NCBI RefSeq assembly: GCF_009914755.1
Contig: NC_060939.1
Direction: 5' to 3' (one strand)
Length of the DNA stretch: 64,000 nt
Source: the human T2T-CHM13v2.0 reference genome, Homo sapiens
Positions 40,001 through 55,500 of this stretch are shown one piece after another. The notes beneath the pieces are model-generated. The model saw only the letters and a program-made list of their open reading frames with translations, did no database searches and was not told where the DNA came from. How positions within the stretch are numbered: the first letter of the stretch is position 1; each line of letters begins with the position of its first letter. A program made the translations under genes and the position numbers.

Positions 40001-43000
40001 TCCATTCCATTCTATTACTTTCATTTCCATTCAATTCCATTCCATTTGATTCCATTCCACTCGGTTTCATTCCATTTGAGTCCACTCCATTCCATTCCAT
40101 TCCATTCCATTCAGTTCCATTCCATTCTGTTCCATTCCATTCCGTTCCATTGCATTCCATTCCATTCGGTAACATTCCATATTGTTCCATTCGATTCCAT
40201 TCGAATCCATTCCATTCCAGTCCATTCCATTCGATTCCATTCCATTCCTTTCAATTCCATTCCATTCCATTCCATTCCACTTGATTCCACTCCATTCCCT
40301 TCCACTGCATTCCATTCGATTCCATTCCATTGCATTGCATTCCATTCCATTGGACTGCATTCCATTCGATTCCATTCCATTCGAATCAATTACATAGCAA
40401 TCCATTACATTCGAGTCTATTCTATTCCGTTCCATTCGATTTCGTTCCAATCCATTCGATTCCATTCCATTCGATTCCATTCCATACTATTGCATTCCAT
40501 TCGATTACATTATATTCGAATAAGTTCCATTCAAGACCATTTCTTTTGAGTCCATTCTATTTGAGTCCATTCCCTTTGATTCCATAACATTTGAGTCCAT
40601 TCAATTCCATTCCTTTCGTTTCCATTCCATTTGATGCCATTCCATTCAATTCTGTTCTACTCGACTCCAATACATTCAATTCCATTCCATCCGATTCCAT
40701 TACATTCTTTTCATTTCTTATCCATTTCAAGCCATTCCACTCCATTCCATTCCACTCGTTTCCTTTCCATTCGAGTCCATTCCTCTCCAGTCCATTCCGT
40801 TCAATCCATTCCATTCCAGTCCATTCCATTCGAGTCCGTTCCATTCCAGTCCATTCCATTCGAGTCAATTCCATCCCATTCGATGTCTTTCCATAACGAT
40901 CCATTCCATTCTATTCCTTTCGATTCCATTCCATTCTATTTCATTCCATTCGATTCCCTTCCATTGGACTCCTTTCCATTCGAGTGCATTCCATTCCGTT
41001 CCATTTCTTTCCGTTCTGTACGATTCCTACCGTTCGATTTCATTTTGTTCCAGTCCATTCCTTTCGCGTCCATTCCATTCCATTTCACTCCATTCGATTC
41101 CATTCCACTCGATTCCACTTCGTTCCATTTCATTGCATTCCATTCTATTCAACTCTATTGCCTTCCATTCCATTCCATTCGATTACATTCCATGCGATTC
41201 CATTCGAAATCGAATCAATTACATTGCAATCCATTACTATTGAGTCCGTTTTATTCCAGTCCACTGCATTCTGGTCCATTCCATTTGATTCCATTCCATT
41301 CTATTCCATTCCATACAGTTGCATTCCATTGGATTCCATGCTATATCTATAAATTCAATTCGAGACCATTGCTTTTGAGTCCATTCTATATGATTCCATT
41401 CCATTCAAGTCCATTACATTTGGTTCAATTCCATTCCATTCCATTCCCTTCCATTCAATTCCAGTTGATATCAATCCATTCGATTCCATTCCATTCGAGC
41501 ACAATCCATTCGAGTCCATTCCATTCGATGCCATTCCATTTGATTCTATTCCATTAGTCTCCATTCAATTCCATTAATCTCCATTCCATTCCATTCTACT
41601 CCAACTGATTCCATTCCATTCTATTCCTTTCCATTCCATTTCATTCCATTCCATTCCATTTCATTCCATTCCATTCCATTCGCTTCCATTCCATTCGTGT
41701 CCATTCCACTCCAGTCCATTCCATTCGTGTCCATTCCATTCCAGTCCATTCCATTTGTGTCCACTGCATTCCATTCCACTCCATTCCATATTATTCCATT
41801 ACACTCCATTCCATTCTATTACTTTCATTTCCATTCAATTCCATTCCATTTGATTCCATTCCACTCGGTTTCATTCCATTTGAGTCCACTCCATTCCATT
41901 CCATTCCATTCCATTCAGTTCCATTCCATTCTGTTCCATTCCATTCCGTTCCATTGCATTCCATTCCATTCGGTAACATTCCATATTGTTCCATTCGATT
42001 CCATTCGAATCCATTCCATTCCAGTCCATTCCATTCGATTCCATTCCATTCCTTTCAATTCCATTCCATTCCATTCCATTCCACTTGATTCCACTCCATT
42101 CCCTTCCACTGCATTCCATTCGATTCCATTCCATTGCATTGCATTCCATTCCATTGGACTGCATTCCATTCGATTCCATTCCATTCGAATCAATTACATA
42201 GCAATCCATTACATTCGAGTCTATTCTATTCCGTTCCATTCGATTTCGTTCCAATCCATTCGATTCCATTCCATTCGATTCCATTCCATACTATTGCATT
42301 CCATTCGATTACATTATATTCGAATAAGTTCCATTCAAGACCATTTCTTTTGAGTCCATTCTATTTGAGTCCATTCCCTTTGATTCCATAACATTTGAGT
42401 CCATTCAATTCCATTCCTTTCGTTTCCATTCCATTTGATGCCATTCCATTCAATTCTGTTCTACTCGACTCCAATACATTCAATTCCATTCCATCCGATT
42501 CCATTACATTCTTTTCATTTCTTATCCATTTCAAGCCATTCCACTCCATTCCATTCCACTCGTTTCCTTTCCATTCGAGTCCATTCCTCTCCAGTCCATT
42601 CCGTTCAATCCATTCCATTCCAGTCCATTCCATTCGAGTCCGTTCCATTCCAGTCCATTCCATTCGAGTCAATTCCATCCCATTCGATGTCTTTCCATAA
42701 CGATCCATTCCATTCTATTCCTTTCGATTCCATTCCATTCTATTTCATTCCATTCGATTCCCTTCCATTGGACTCCTTTCCATTCGAGTGCATTCCATTC
42801 CGTTCCATTTCTTTCCGTTCTGTACGATTCCTACCGTTCGATTTCATTTTGTTCCAGTCCATTCCTTTCGCGTCCATTCCATTCCATTTCACTCCATTCG
42901 ATTCCATTCCACTCGATTCCACTTCGTTCCATTTCATTGCATTCCATTCTATTCAACTCTATTGCCTTCCATTCCATTCCATTCGATTACATTCCATGCG

Positions 43001-43500
43001 ATTCCATTCGAAATCGAATCAATTACATTGCAATCCATTACTATTGAGTCCGTTTTATTCCAGTCCACTGCATTCTGGTCCATTCCATTTGATTCCATTC
43101 CATTCTATTCCATTCCATACAGTTGCATTCCATTGGATTCCATGCTATATCTATAAATTCAATTCGAGACCATTGCTTTTGAGTCCATTCTATATGATTC
43201 CATTCCATTCAAGTCCATTACATTTGGTTCAATTCCATTCCATTCCATTCCCTTCCATTCCATTCCAGTTGATATCAATCCATTCGATTCCATTCCATTC
43301 GAGCACATTCCATTCGAGTCCATTCCATTCGATGCCATTCCATTTGATTCTATTCCATTAGTCTCCATTCAATTCCATTAATCTCCATTCCATTCCATTC
43401 TACTCCAACTGATTCCATTCCATTCTATTCCTTTCCATTCCATTTCATTCCATTCCATTCCATTTCATTCCATTCCATTCCATTCGCTTCCATTCCATTC
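37023..43500 (+). repeat. Near-identical 1804-bp monomer block (KpnI-negative variant)
   Basis: Starts at 38089, 39893, 41697 and 43501 are exactly 1804 bp apart. First-half translations are identical for three units, each with GGTAAC. The units at 38089 and 39893 also share the private alleles 'ccattcaattccag' and 'gcacaatcc'. Confidence 0.88.
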
Positions 43501-46500
43501 GTGTCCATTCCACTCCAGTCCATTCCATTCGTGTCCATTCCATTCCAGTCCATTCCATTTGTGTCCACTGCATTCCATTCCACTCCATTCCATATTATTC
43601 CATTACACTCCATTCCATTCTATTACTTTCATTTCCATTCAATTCCATTCCATTTGATTCCATTCCACTCGGTTTCATTCCATTTGAGTCCACTCCATTC
43701 CATTCCATTCCATTCCATTCTGTTCCATTCCATTCCATTCCATTGCATTCCATTCCATTCGGTACCATTCCATATTGTTCCGTTCGATTCCATTCGAATC
43801 CATTCCATTCCAGTCCATTCCATTCGATTCCATTCCATTCCTTTCAATTCCATTCCATTCCATTCCATTCCACTTGATTCCACTCCATTCCCTTCCACTG
43901 CATTCCATTCGATTCCATTCCATTGCATTGCATTCCATTCCATTGGACTGCATTCCATTCGATTCCATTCCATTCGAATCAATTACATAGCAATCCATTA
44001 CATTCGAGTCTATTCTATTCCGTTCCATTCGATTTCGTTCCAATCCATTCGATTCCATTCCATTCGATTCCATTCCATACTATTGCATTCCATTCGATTA
44101 CATTATATTCGAATAAGTTCCATTCAAGACCATTTCTTTTGAGTCCATTCTATTTGAGTCCATTCCCTTTGATTCCATAACATTTGAGTCCATTCAATTC
44201 CATTCCTTTCGTTTCCATTCCATTTGATGCCATTCCATTCAATTCTGTTCTACTCGACTCCAATACATTCAATTCCATTCCATCCGATTCCATTACATTC
44301 TTTTCATTTCTTATTCATTTCAAGCCATTCCACTCCATTCCATTCCACTCGTTTCCTTTCTTTTCGAGTCCATTCCTCTCCAGTCCATTCCGTTCAATCC
44401 ATTCCATTCCAGTCCATTCCATTCGAGTCCGTTCCATTCCACTCCATTCCATTCGAGTCAATTCCATCCCATTCGATGTCTTTCCATAACGATCCATTCC
44501 ATTCTATTCCTTTCGATTCCATTCCATTCTATATCATTCCATTCGATTCCCTTCCATTGGACTCCTTTCCATTCGAGTGCATTCCATTCCGTTCCATTTC
44601 TTTCCATTCTGTACGATTCCTACCGTTCGATTTCATTTTGTTCCAGTCCATTCCTTTCGCGTCCATTCCATTCCATTTCACTCCATTCGATTCCATTCCA
44701 CTCGATTCCACTTCGTTCCATTTCATTGCATTCCATTCTATTCAACTCTATTTCCTTCCATTCCATCCCATTCGATTACATTCCATGCGATTCCATTCGA
44801 AATCGAATCAATTACATTGCAATCCATTACTATTGAGTCCGTTCTATTCCAGTCCACTGCATTCTTGTCCATTCCATTTCATTCCATTCCATTTTATTCC
44901 ATTCCATACAGTTGCATTCCATTGGATTCCATGCTATATCTATAAATTCAATTCGAGACCATTGCTTTTGAGTCCATTCTATATGATTCCATTCCATTCA
45001 AGTCCATTACATTTGGTTCAATTCCATTCCATTCCATTCCCTTCCATTCCATTCCAGTTGATATCAATCCATTCGATTCCATTCCATTCGAGCACATTCC
45101 ATTCGAGTCCATTCCATTCGATGCCATTCCATTTGATTCTATTCCATTAGTCTCCATTCAATTCCATTAATCTCCATTCCATTCCATTCTACTCCAACTG
45201 ATTCCATTCCATTCTATTCCTTTCCATTCCATTTCATTCCATTCCATTCCATTTCATTCCAATCCATTCCATTCGCTTCCATTCCATTCGTGTCCATTCC
45301 ACTCCAGTCCATTCCATTTGTGTCCACTGCATTCCATTCCACTCCATTCCATATTATTCCATTACACTCCATTCCATTCTATTACTTTCATTTCCATTCA
45401 ATTCCATTCCATTTGATTCCATTCCACTCGGTTTCATTCCATTTGAGTCCACTCCATTCCATTCCATTCCATTCCATTCTGTTCCATTCCATTCCGTTCC
45501 ATTGCATTCCATTCCATTCGGTACCATTCCATATTGTTCCATTCGATTCCATTCGAATCCATTCCATTCCAGTCCATTCCATTCGATTCCATTCCATTCC
45601 TTTCAATTCCATTCCATTCCATTCCATTCCACTTGATTCCACTCCATTCCCTTCCACTGCATTCCATTCGATTCCATTCCATTGCATTGCATTCCATTCC
45701 ATTGGACTGCATTCCATTCGATTCCATTCCATTCGAATCAATTACATAGCAATCCATTACATTCGAGTCTATTCTATTCCGTTCCATTCGATTTCGTTCC
45801 AATCCATTCGATTCCATTCCATTCGATTCCATTCCATACTATTGCATTCCATTCTATTACATTATATTCGAATAAGTTCCATTCAAGACCATTTCTTTTG
45901 AGTCCATTCTATTTGAGTCCATTCCCTTTGATTCCATAACATTTGAGTCCATTCAATTCCATTCCTTTCGTTTCCATTCCATTTGATGCCATTCCATTCA
46001 ATTCTGTTCTACTCGACTCCAATACATTCAATTCCATTCCATCCGATTCCATTACATTCTTTTCATTTCTTATCCATTTCAAGCCATTCCACTCCATTCC
46101 ATTCCACTCGTTTCCTTTCCATTCGAGTCCATTCCTCTCCAGTCCATTCCGTTCAATCCATTCCATTCCAGTCCATTCCATTCGAGTCCGTTCCATTCCA
46201 GTCCATTCCATTCGAGTCAATTCCATCCCATTCGATGTCTTTCCATAACGATCCATTCCATTCTATTCCTTTCGATTCCATTCCATTCTATTTCATTCCA
46301 TTCGATTCCCTTCCATTGGACTCCTTTCCATTCGAGTGCATTCCATTCCGTTCCATTTCTTTCCGTTCTGTACGATTCCTACCGTTCGATTTCATTTTGT
46401 TCCAGTCCATTCCTTTCGCGTCCATTCCATTCCATTTCACTCCATTCGATTCCATTCCACTCGATTCCACTTCGTTCCATTTCATTGCATTCCATTCTAT

Positions 46501-49500
46501 TCAACTCTATTGCCTTCCATTCCATTCCATTCGATTACATTCCATGCGATTGCATTCGAAATCGAATCAATTACATTGCAATCCATTACTATTGAGTCCG
46601 TTTTATTCCAGTCCACTGCATTCTGGTCCATTCCATTTGATTCCATTCCATTCTATTCCATTCCATACAGTTGCATTCCATTGGATTCCATGCTATATCT
46701 ATAAATTCTATTCGAGACCATTGCTTTTGAGTCCATTCTATATGATTCCATTCCATTCAAGTCCATTACATTTGGTTCAATTCCATTCCATTCCATTCCC
46801 TTCCATTCCATTCCAGTTGATATCAATCCATTCGATTCCATTCCATTCGAGCACATTCCATTCGAGTCCATTCCATTCCATGCCATTCCATTTGATTCTA
46901 TTCCATTAGTCTCCATTCAATTCCATTAATCTCCATTCCATTCCATTCTACTCCAACTGATTCCATTCCATTCTATTCCTTTCCATTCCATTTCATTCCA
47001 TTCCATTCCATTTCATTCCATTCCATTCCATTCGCTTCCATTCCATTCGTGTCCATTCCACTCCAGTCCATTCCATTCGTGTCCATTCCATTCCAGTCCA
47101 TTCCATTTGTGTCCACTGCATTCCATTCCACTCCATTCCATATTATTCCATTACACTCCATTCCATTCTATTACTTTCATTTCCATTCAATTCCATTCCA
47201 TTTGATTCCATTCCACTCGGTTTCATTCCATTTGAGTCCACTCCATTCCATTCCATTCCATTCCATTCAGTTCCATTCCATTCTGTTCCATTCCATTCCG
47301 TTCCATTGCATTCCATTCCTTTCGGTAACATTCCATATTGTTCCATTCGATTCCATTCGAATCCATTCCATTCCAGTCCATTCCATTCGATTCCATTCCA
47401 TTCCTTTCAATTCCATTCCATTCCATTCCATTCCACTTGATTCCACTCCATTCCCTTCCACTGCATTCCATTCGATTCCATTCCATTGCATTGCATTCCA
47501 TTCCATTGGACTGCATTCCATTCGATTCCATTCCATTCGAATCAATTACATAGCAATCCATTACATTCGAGTCTATTCTATTCCGTTCCATTCGATTTCG
47601 TTCCAATCCATTCGATTCCATTCCATTCGATTCCATTCCATACTATTGCATTCCATTCGATTACATTATATTCGAATAAGTTCCATTCAAGACCATTTCT
47701 TTTGAGTCCATTCTATTTGAGTCCATTCCCTTTGATTCCATAACATTTGAGTCCATTCAATTCCATTCCTTTCGTTTCCATTCCATTTGATGCCATTCCA
47801 TTCAATTCTGTTCTACTCGACTCCAATACATTCAATTCCATTCCATCCGATTCCATTACATTCTTTTCATTTCTTATCCATTTCAAGCCATTCCACTCCA
47901 TTCCATTCCACTCGTTTCCTTTCCATTCGAGTCCATTCCTCTCCAGTCCATTCCGTTCAATCCATTCCATTCCAGTCCATTCCATTCGAGTCCGTTCCAT
48001 TCCAGTCCATTCCATTCGAGTCAATTCCATCCCATTCGATGTCTTTCCATAACGATCCATTCCATTCTATTCCTTTCGATTCCATTCCATTCTATTTCAT
48101 TCCATTCGATTCCCTTCCATTGGACTCCTTTCCATTCGAGTGCATTCCATTCCGTTCCATTTCTTTCCGTTCTGTACGATTCCTACCGTTCGATTTCATT
48201 TTGTTCCAGTCCATTCCTTTCGCGTCCATTCCATTCCATTTCACTCCATTCGATTCCATTCCACTCGATTCCACTTCGTTCCATTTCATTGCATTCCATT
48301 CTATTCAACTCTATTGCCTTCCATTCCATTCCATTCGATTACATTCCATGCGATTCCATTCGAAATCGAATCAATTACATTGCAATCCATTACTATTGAG
48401 TCCGTTTTATTCCAGTCCACTGCATTCTGGTCCATTCCATTTGATTCCATTCCATTCTATTCCATTCCATACAGTTGCATTCCATTGGATTCCATGCTAT
48501 ATCTATAAATTCTATTCGAGACCATTGCTTTTGAGTCCATTCTATATGATTCCATTCCATTCAAGTCCATTACATTTGGTTCAATTCCATTCCATTCCAT
48601 TCCCTTCCATTCCATTCCAGTTGATATCAATCCATTCGATTCCATTCCATTCGAGCACATTCCATTCGAGTCCATTCCATTCCATGCCATTCCATTTGAT
48701 TCTATTCCATTAGTCTCCATTCAATTCCATTAATCTCCATTCCATTCCATTCTACTCCAACTGATTCCATTCCATTCTATTCCTTTCCATTCCATTTCAT
48801 TCCATTCCATTCCATTTCATTCCATTCCATTCCATTCGCTTCCATTCCATTCGTGTCCATTCCACTCCAGTCCATTCCATTCGTGTCCATTCCATTCCAG
48901 TCCATTCCATTTGTGTCCACTGCATTCCATTCCACTCCATTCCATATTATTCCATTACACTCCATTCCATTCTATTACTTTCATTTCCATTCAATTCCAT
49001 TCCATTTGATTCCATTCCACTCGGTTTCATTCCATTTGAGTCCACTCCATTCCATTCCATTCCATTCCATTCTGTTCCATTCCATTCCATTCCATTGCAT
49101 TCCATTCCATTCGGTACCATTCCATATTGTTCCGTTCGATTCCATTCGAATCCATTCCATTCCAGTCCATTCCATTCGATTCCATTCCATTCCTTTCAAT
49201 TCCATTCCATTCCATTCCATTCCACTTGATTCCACTCCATTCCCTTCCACTGCATTCCATTCGATTCCATTCCATTGCATTGCATTCCATTCCATTGGAC
49301 TGCATTCCATTCGATTCCATTCCATTCGAATCAATTACATAGCAATCCATTACATTCGAGTCTATTCTATTCCGTTCCATTCGATTTCGTTCCAATCCAT
49401 TCGATTCCATTCCATTCGATTCCATTCCATACTATTGCATTCCATTCGATTACATTATATTCGAATAAGTTCCATTCAAGACCATTTCTTTTGAGTCCAT

Positions 49501-52500
49501 TCTATTTGAGTCCATTCCCTTTGATTCCATAACATTTGAGTCCATTCAATTCCATTCCTTTCGTTTCCATTCCATTTGATGCCATTCCATTCAATTCTGT
49601 TCTACTCGACTCCAATACATTCAATTCCATTCCATCCGATTCCATTACATTCTTTTCATTTCTTATCCATTTCATGCCCTTCCACTCCATTCCATTCCAC
49701 TCGTTTCCTTTCCATTCGAGTCCATTCCTCTCCAGTCCATTCCGTTCAATCCATTCCATTCCAGTCCATTCCATTCGAGTCCGTTCCATTCCAGTCCATT
49801 CCATTCGAGTCAATTCCATCCCATTCGATGTCTTTCCATAACGATCCATTCCATTCTATTCCTTTCGATTCCATTCCATTCTATTTCATTCCATTCGATT
49901 CCCTTCCATTGGACTCCTTTCCATTCGAGTGCATTCCATTCCGTTCCATTTCTTTCCGTTCTGTACGATTCCTACCGTTCGATTTCATTTTGTTCCAGTC
50001 CATTCCTTTCGCGTCCATTCCATTCCATTTCACTCCATTCGATTCCATTCCACTCGATTCCACTTCGTTCCATTTCATTGCATTCCATTCTATTCAACTC
50101 TATTGCCTTCCATTCCATTCCATTCGATTACATTCCATGCGATTCCATTCGAAATCGAATCAATTACATTGCAATCCATTACTATTGAGTCCGTTTTATT
50201 CCAGTCCACTGCATTCTGGTCCATTCCATTTGATTCCATTCCATTCTATTCCATTCCATACAGTTGCATTCCATTGGATTCCATGCTATATCTATAAATT
50301 CAATTCGAGACCATTGCTTTTGAGTCCATTCTATATGATTCCATTCCATTCAAGTCCATTACATTTGGTTCAATTCCATTCCATTCCATTCCCTTCCATT
50401 CCATTCCAGTTGATATCAATCCATTCGATTCCATTCCATTCGAGCACATTCCATTCGAGTCCATTCCATTCGATGCCATTCCATTTGATTCTATTCCATT
50501 AGTCTCCATTCAATTCCATTAATCTCCATTCCATTCCATTCTACTCCAACTGATTCCATTCCATTCTATTCCTTTCCATTCCATTTCATTCCATTCCATT
50601 CCATTTCATTCCATTCCATTCCATTCGCTTCCATTCCATTGGTGTCCATTCCACTCCAGTCCATTCCATTCGTGTCCATTCCATTCCAGTCCATTCCATT
50701 TGTGTCCACTGCATTCCATTCCACTCCATTCCATATTATTCCATTACACTCCATTCCATTCTGTTACTTTCATTTCCATTCAATTCCATTTCATTTGATT
50801 CCATTCCACTCGGTTTCATTCCATTTGAGTCCACTCCATTCCATTCCATTCCATTCCATTCCATTCAGTTCCATTCCATTCTGTTCCATTCCATTCCGTT
50901 CCATTGCATTCCATTCCATTCGGTACCATTCCATATTGTTCCATTCGATTCCATTCGAATCCATTCCATTCCAGTCCATTCCATTCGATTCCATTCCATT
51001 CCTTTCAATTCCATTCCATTCCATTCCATTCCACTTGATTCCACTCCATTCCCTTCCACTGCATTCCATTCGATTCCATTCCATTGCATTGCATTCCATT
51101 CCATTGGACTGCATTCCATTCGATTCCATTCCATTCGAATCAATTACATAGCAATCCATTACATTCGAGTCTATTCTATTCCGTTCCATTCGATTTCGTT
51201 CCAATCCATTCGATTCCATTCCATTCGATTCCATTCCATACTATTGCATTCCATTCTATTACATTATATTCGAATAAGTTCCATTCAAGACCATTTCTTT
51301 TGAGTCCATTCTATTTGAGTCCATTCCCTTTGATTCCATAACATTTGAGTCCATTCAATTCCATTCCTTTCGTTTCCATTCCATTTGATGCCATTCCATT
51401 CAATTCTGTTCTACTCGACTCCAATACATTCAATTCCATTCCATCCGATTCCATTACATTCTTTTCATTTCTTATTCATTTCAAGCCATTCCACTCCATT
51501 CCATTCCACTCGTTTCCTTTCTTTTCGAGTCCATTCCTCTCCAGTCCATTCCGTTCAATCCATTCCATTCCAGTCCATTCCATTCGAGTCCGTTCCATTC
51601 CACTCCATTCCATTCGAGTCAATTCCATCCCATTCGATGTCTTTCCATAACGATCCATTCCATTCTATTCCTTTCGATTCCATTCCATTCTATATCATTC
51701 CATTCGATTCCCTTCCATTGGACTCCTTTCCATTCGAGTGCATTCCATTCCGTTCCATTTCTTTCCGTTCTGTACGATTCCTACCGTTCGATTTCATTTT
51801 GTTCCAGTCCATTCCTTTCGCGTCCATTCCATTCCATTTCACTCCATTCGATTCCTTTCCACTCGATTCCACTTCGTTCCATTTCATTGCATTCCATTCT
51901 ATTCAACTCTATTTCCTTCCATTCCATTCCATTCGATTACATTCCATGCGATTCCATTCGAAATCGAATCAATTACATTGCAATCCATTACTATTGAGTC
52001 CGTTCTATTCCAGTCCACTGCATTCTGGTCCATTCCATTTGATTCCATTCCATTTTATTCCATTCCATACAGTTGCATTCCATTGGATTCCATGCTATAT
52101 CTATAAATTCAATTCGAGACCATTGCTTTTGAGTCCATTCTATATGTTTCCATTCCATTCAAGTCCATTACATTTGGTTCAATTCCATTCCATTCCATTC
52201 CCTTCCATTCCATTCCAGTTGATATCAATCCATTCGATTCCATTCCATTCGAGCACATTCCATTCGAGTCCATTCCATTCGATGCCATTCCATTTGATTC
52301 TATTCCATTAGTCTCCATTCAATTCCATTAATCTCCATTCCATTCCATTCTACTCCAACTGATTCCATTCCATTCTATTCCTTTCCATTCCATTTCATTC
52401 CATTCCATTCCATTTCATTCCAATCCATTCCATTCGCTTCCATTCCATTCGTGTCCATTCCACTCCAGTCCATTCCATTTGTGTCCACTGCATTCCATTC

Positions 52501-55500
52501 CACTCCATTCCATATTATTCCATTACACTCCATTCCATTCTATTACTTTCATTTCCATTCAATTCCATTCCATTTGATTCCATTCCACTCGGTTTCATTC
52601 CATTTGAGTCCACTCCATTCCATTCCATTCCATTCCATTCTGTTCCATTCCATTCCGTTCCATTGCATTCCATTCCATTCGGTACCATTCCATATTGTTC
52701 CATTCGATTCCATTCGAATCCATTCCATTCCAGTCCATTCCATTCGATTCCATTCCATTCCTTTCAATTCCATTCCATTCCATTCCATTCCACTTGATTC
52801 CACTCCATTCCCTTCCACTGCATTCCATTCGATTCCATTCCATTGCATTGCATTCCATTCCATTGGACTGCATTCCATTCGATTCCATTCCATTCGAATC
52901 AATTACATAGCAATCCATTACATTCGAGTCTATTCTATTCCGTTCCATTCGATTTCGTTCCAATCCATTCGATTCCATTCCATTCGATTCCATTCCATAC
53001 TATTGCATTCCATTCTATTACATTATATTCGAATAAGTTCCATTCAAGACCATTTCTTTTGAGTCCATTCTATTTGAGTCCATTCCCTTTGATTCCATAA
53101 CATTTGAGTCCATTCAATTCCATTCCTTTCGTTTCCATTCCATTTGATGCCATTCCATTCAATTCTGTTCTACTCGACTCCAATACATTCAATTCCATTC
53201 CATCCGATTCCATTACATTCTTTTCATTTCTTATCCATTTCAAGCCATTCCACTCCATTCCATTCCACTCGTTTCCTTTCCATTCGAGTCCATTCCTCTC
53301 CAGTCCATTCCGTTCAATCCATTCCATTCCAGTCCATTCCATTCGAGTCCGTTCCATTCCAGTCCATTCCATTCGAGTCAATTCCATCCCATTCGATGTC
53401 TTTCCATAACGATCCATTCCATTCTATTCCTTTCGATTCCATTCCATTCTATTTCATTCCATTCGATTCCCTTCCATTGGACTCCTTTCCATTCGAGTGC
53501 ATTCCATTCCGTTCCATTTCTTTCCGTTCTGTACGATTCCTACCGTTCGATTTCATTTTGTTCCAGTCCATTCCTTTCGCGTCCATTCCATTCCATTTCA
53601 CTCCATTCGATTCCATTCCACTCGATTCCACTTCGTTCCATTTCATTGCATTCCATTCTATTCAACTCTATTGCCTTCCATTCCATTCCATTCGATTACA
53701 TTCCATGCGATTCCATTCGAAATCGAATCAATTACATTGCAATCCATTACTATTGAGTCCGTTTTATTCCAGTCCACTGCATTCTGGTCCATTCCATTTG
53801 ATTCCATTCCATTCTATTCCATTCCATACAGTTGCATTCCATTGGATTCCATGCTATATCTATAAATTCTATTCGAGACCATTGCTTTTGAGTCCATTCT
53901 ATATGATTCCATTCCATTCAAGTCCATTACATTTGGTTCAATTCCATTCCATTCCATTCCCTTCCATTCCATTCCAGTTGATATCAATCCATTCGATTCC
54001 ATTCCATTCGAGCACATTCCATTCGAGTCCATTCCATTCCATGCCATTCCATTTGATTCTATTCCATTAGTCTCCATTCAATTCCATTAATCTCCATTCC
54101 ATTCCATTCTACTCCAACTGATTCCATTCCATTCTATTCCTTTCCATTCCATTTCATTCCATTCCATTCCATTTCATTCCATTACATTCCATTAGCTTCC
54201 ATTCCATTCGTGTCCATTCCACTCCAGTCCATTCCATTCGTGTCCATTCCATTCCAGTCCATTCCATTTGTGTCCACTGCATTCCATTACACTCCATTCC
54301 ATATTATTCCATTACACTCCATTCCATTCTATTACTTTCATTTCCATTCAATTCCATTTCATTTGATTCCATTCCACTCGGTTTCATTCCATTTGAGTCC
54401 ACTCCATTCCTTTCCATTCCATTCCATTCAGTTCCATTCCATTCTGTTCCATTCCATTCCGTTCCATTGCATTCCATTCCATTCGGTAACATTCCATATT
54501 GTTCCATTCGATTCCATTCGAATCCATTCCATTCCAGTCCATTCCATTCGATTCCATTCCATTCCTTTCAATTCCATTCCATTCCATTCCATTCCACTTG
54601 ATTCCACTCCATTCCCTTCCACTGCATTCCATTCCATTCCATTCCATTGCATTGCATTCCATTCCATTGGACTGCATTCCATTCGATTCCATTCCATTCG
54701 AATCAATTACATAGCAATCCATTACATTCGAGTCTATTCTATTCCGTTCCATTCGATTTCGTTCCAATCCATTCGATTCCATTCCATTCGATTCCATTCC
54801 ATACTATTGCATTCCATTCGATTACATTATATTCGAATAAGTTCCATTCAAGACCATTTCTTTTGAGTCCATTCTATTTGAGTCCATTCCCTTTGATTCC
54901 ATAACATTTGAGTCCATTCAATTCCATTCCTTTCGTTTCCATTCCATTTGATGCCATTCCATTCAATTCTGTTCTACTCGACTCCAATACATTCAATTCC
55001 ATTCCATCCGATTCCATTACATTCTTTTCATTCCTTATTCATTTCAAGCCATTCCACTCCATTCCATTCCACTCGTTTCCTTTCCTTTCGAGTCCATTCC
55101 TCTCCAGTCCATTCCGTTCAATCCATTCCATTCCAGTCCATTCCATTCGAGTCCGTTCCATTCCACTCCATTCCATTCGAGTCAATTCCATCCCATTCGA
55201 TGTCTTTCCATAACGATCCATTCCATTCTATTCCTTTCGATTCCATTCCATTCTATATCATTCCATTCGATTCCCTTCCATTGGACTCCTTTCCATTCGA
55301 GTGCATTCCATTCCGTTCCATTTCTTTCCGTTCTGTACGATTCCTACCGTTCGATTTCATTTTGTTCCAGTCCATTCCTTTCGCGTCCATTCCATTCCAT
55401 TTCACTCCATTCGATTCCATTCCACTCGATTCCACTTCGTTCCATTTCATTGCATTCCATTCTATTCAACTCTATTGCCTTCCATTATATTCCATTCGAT

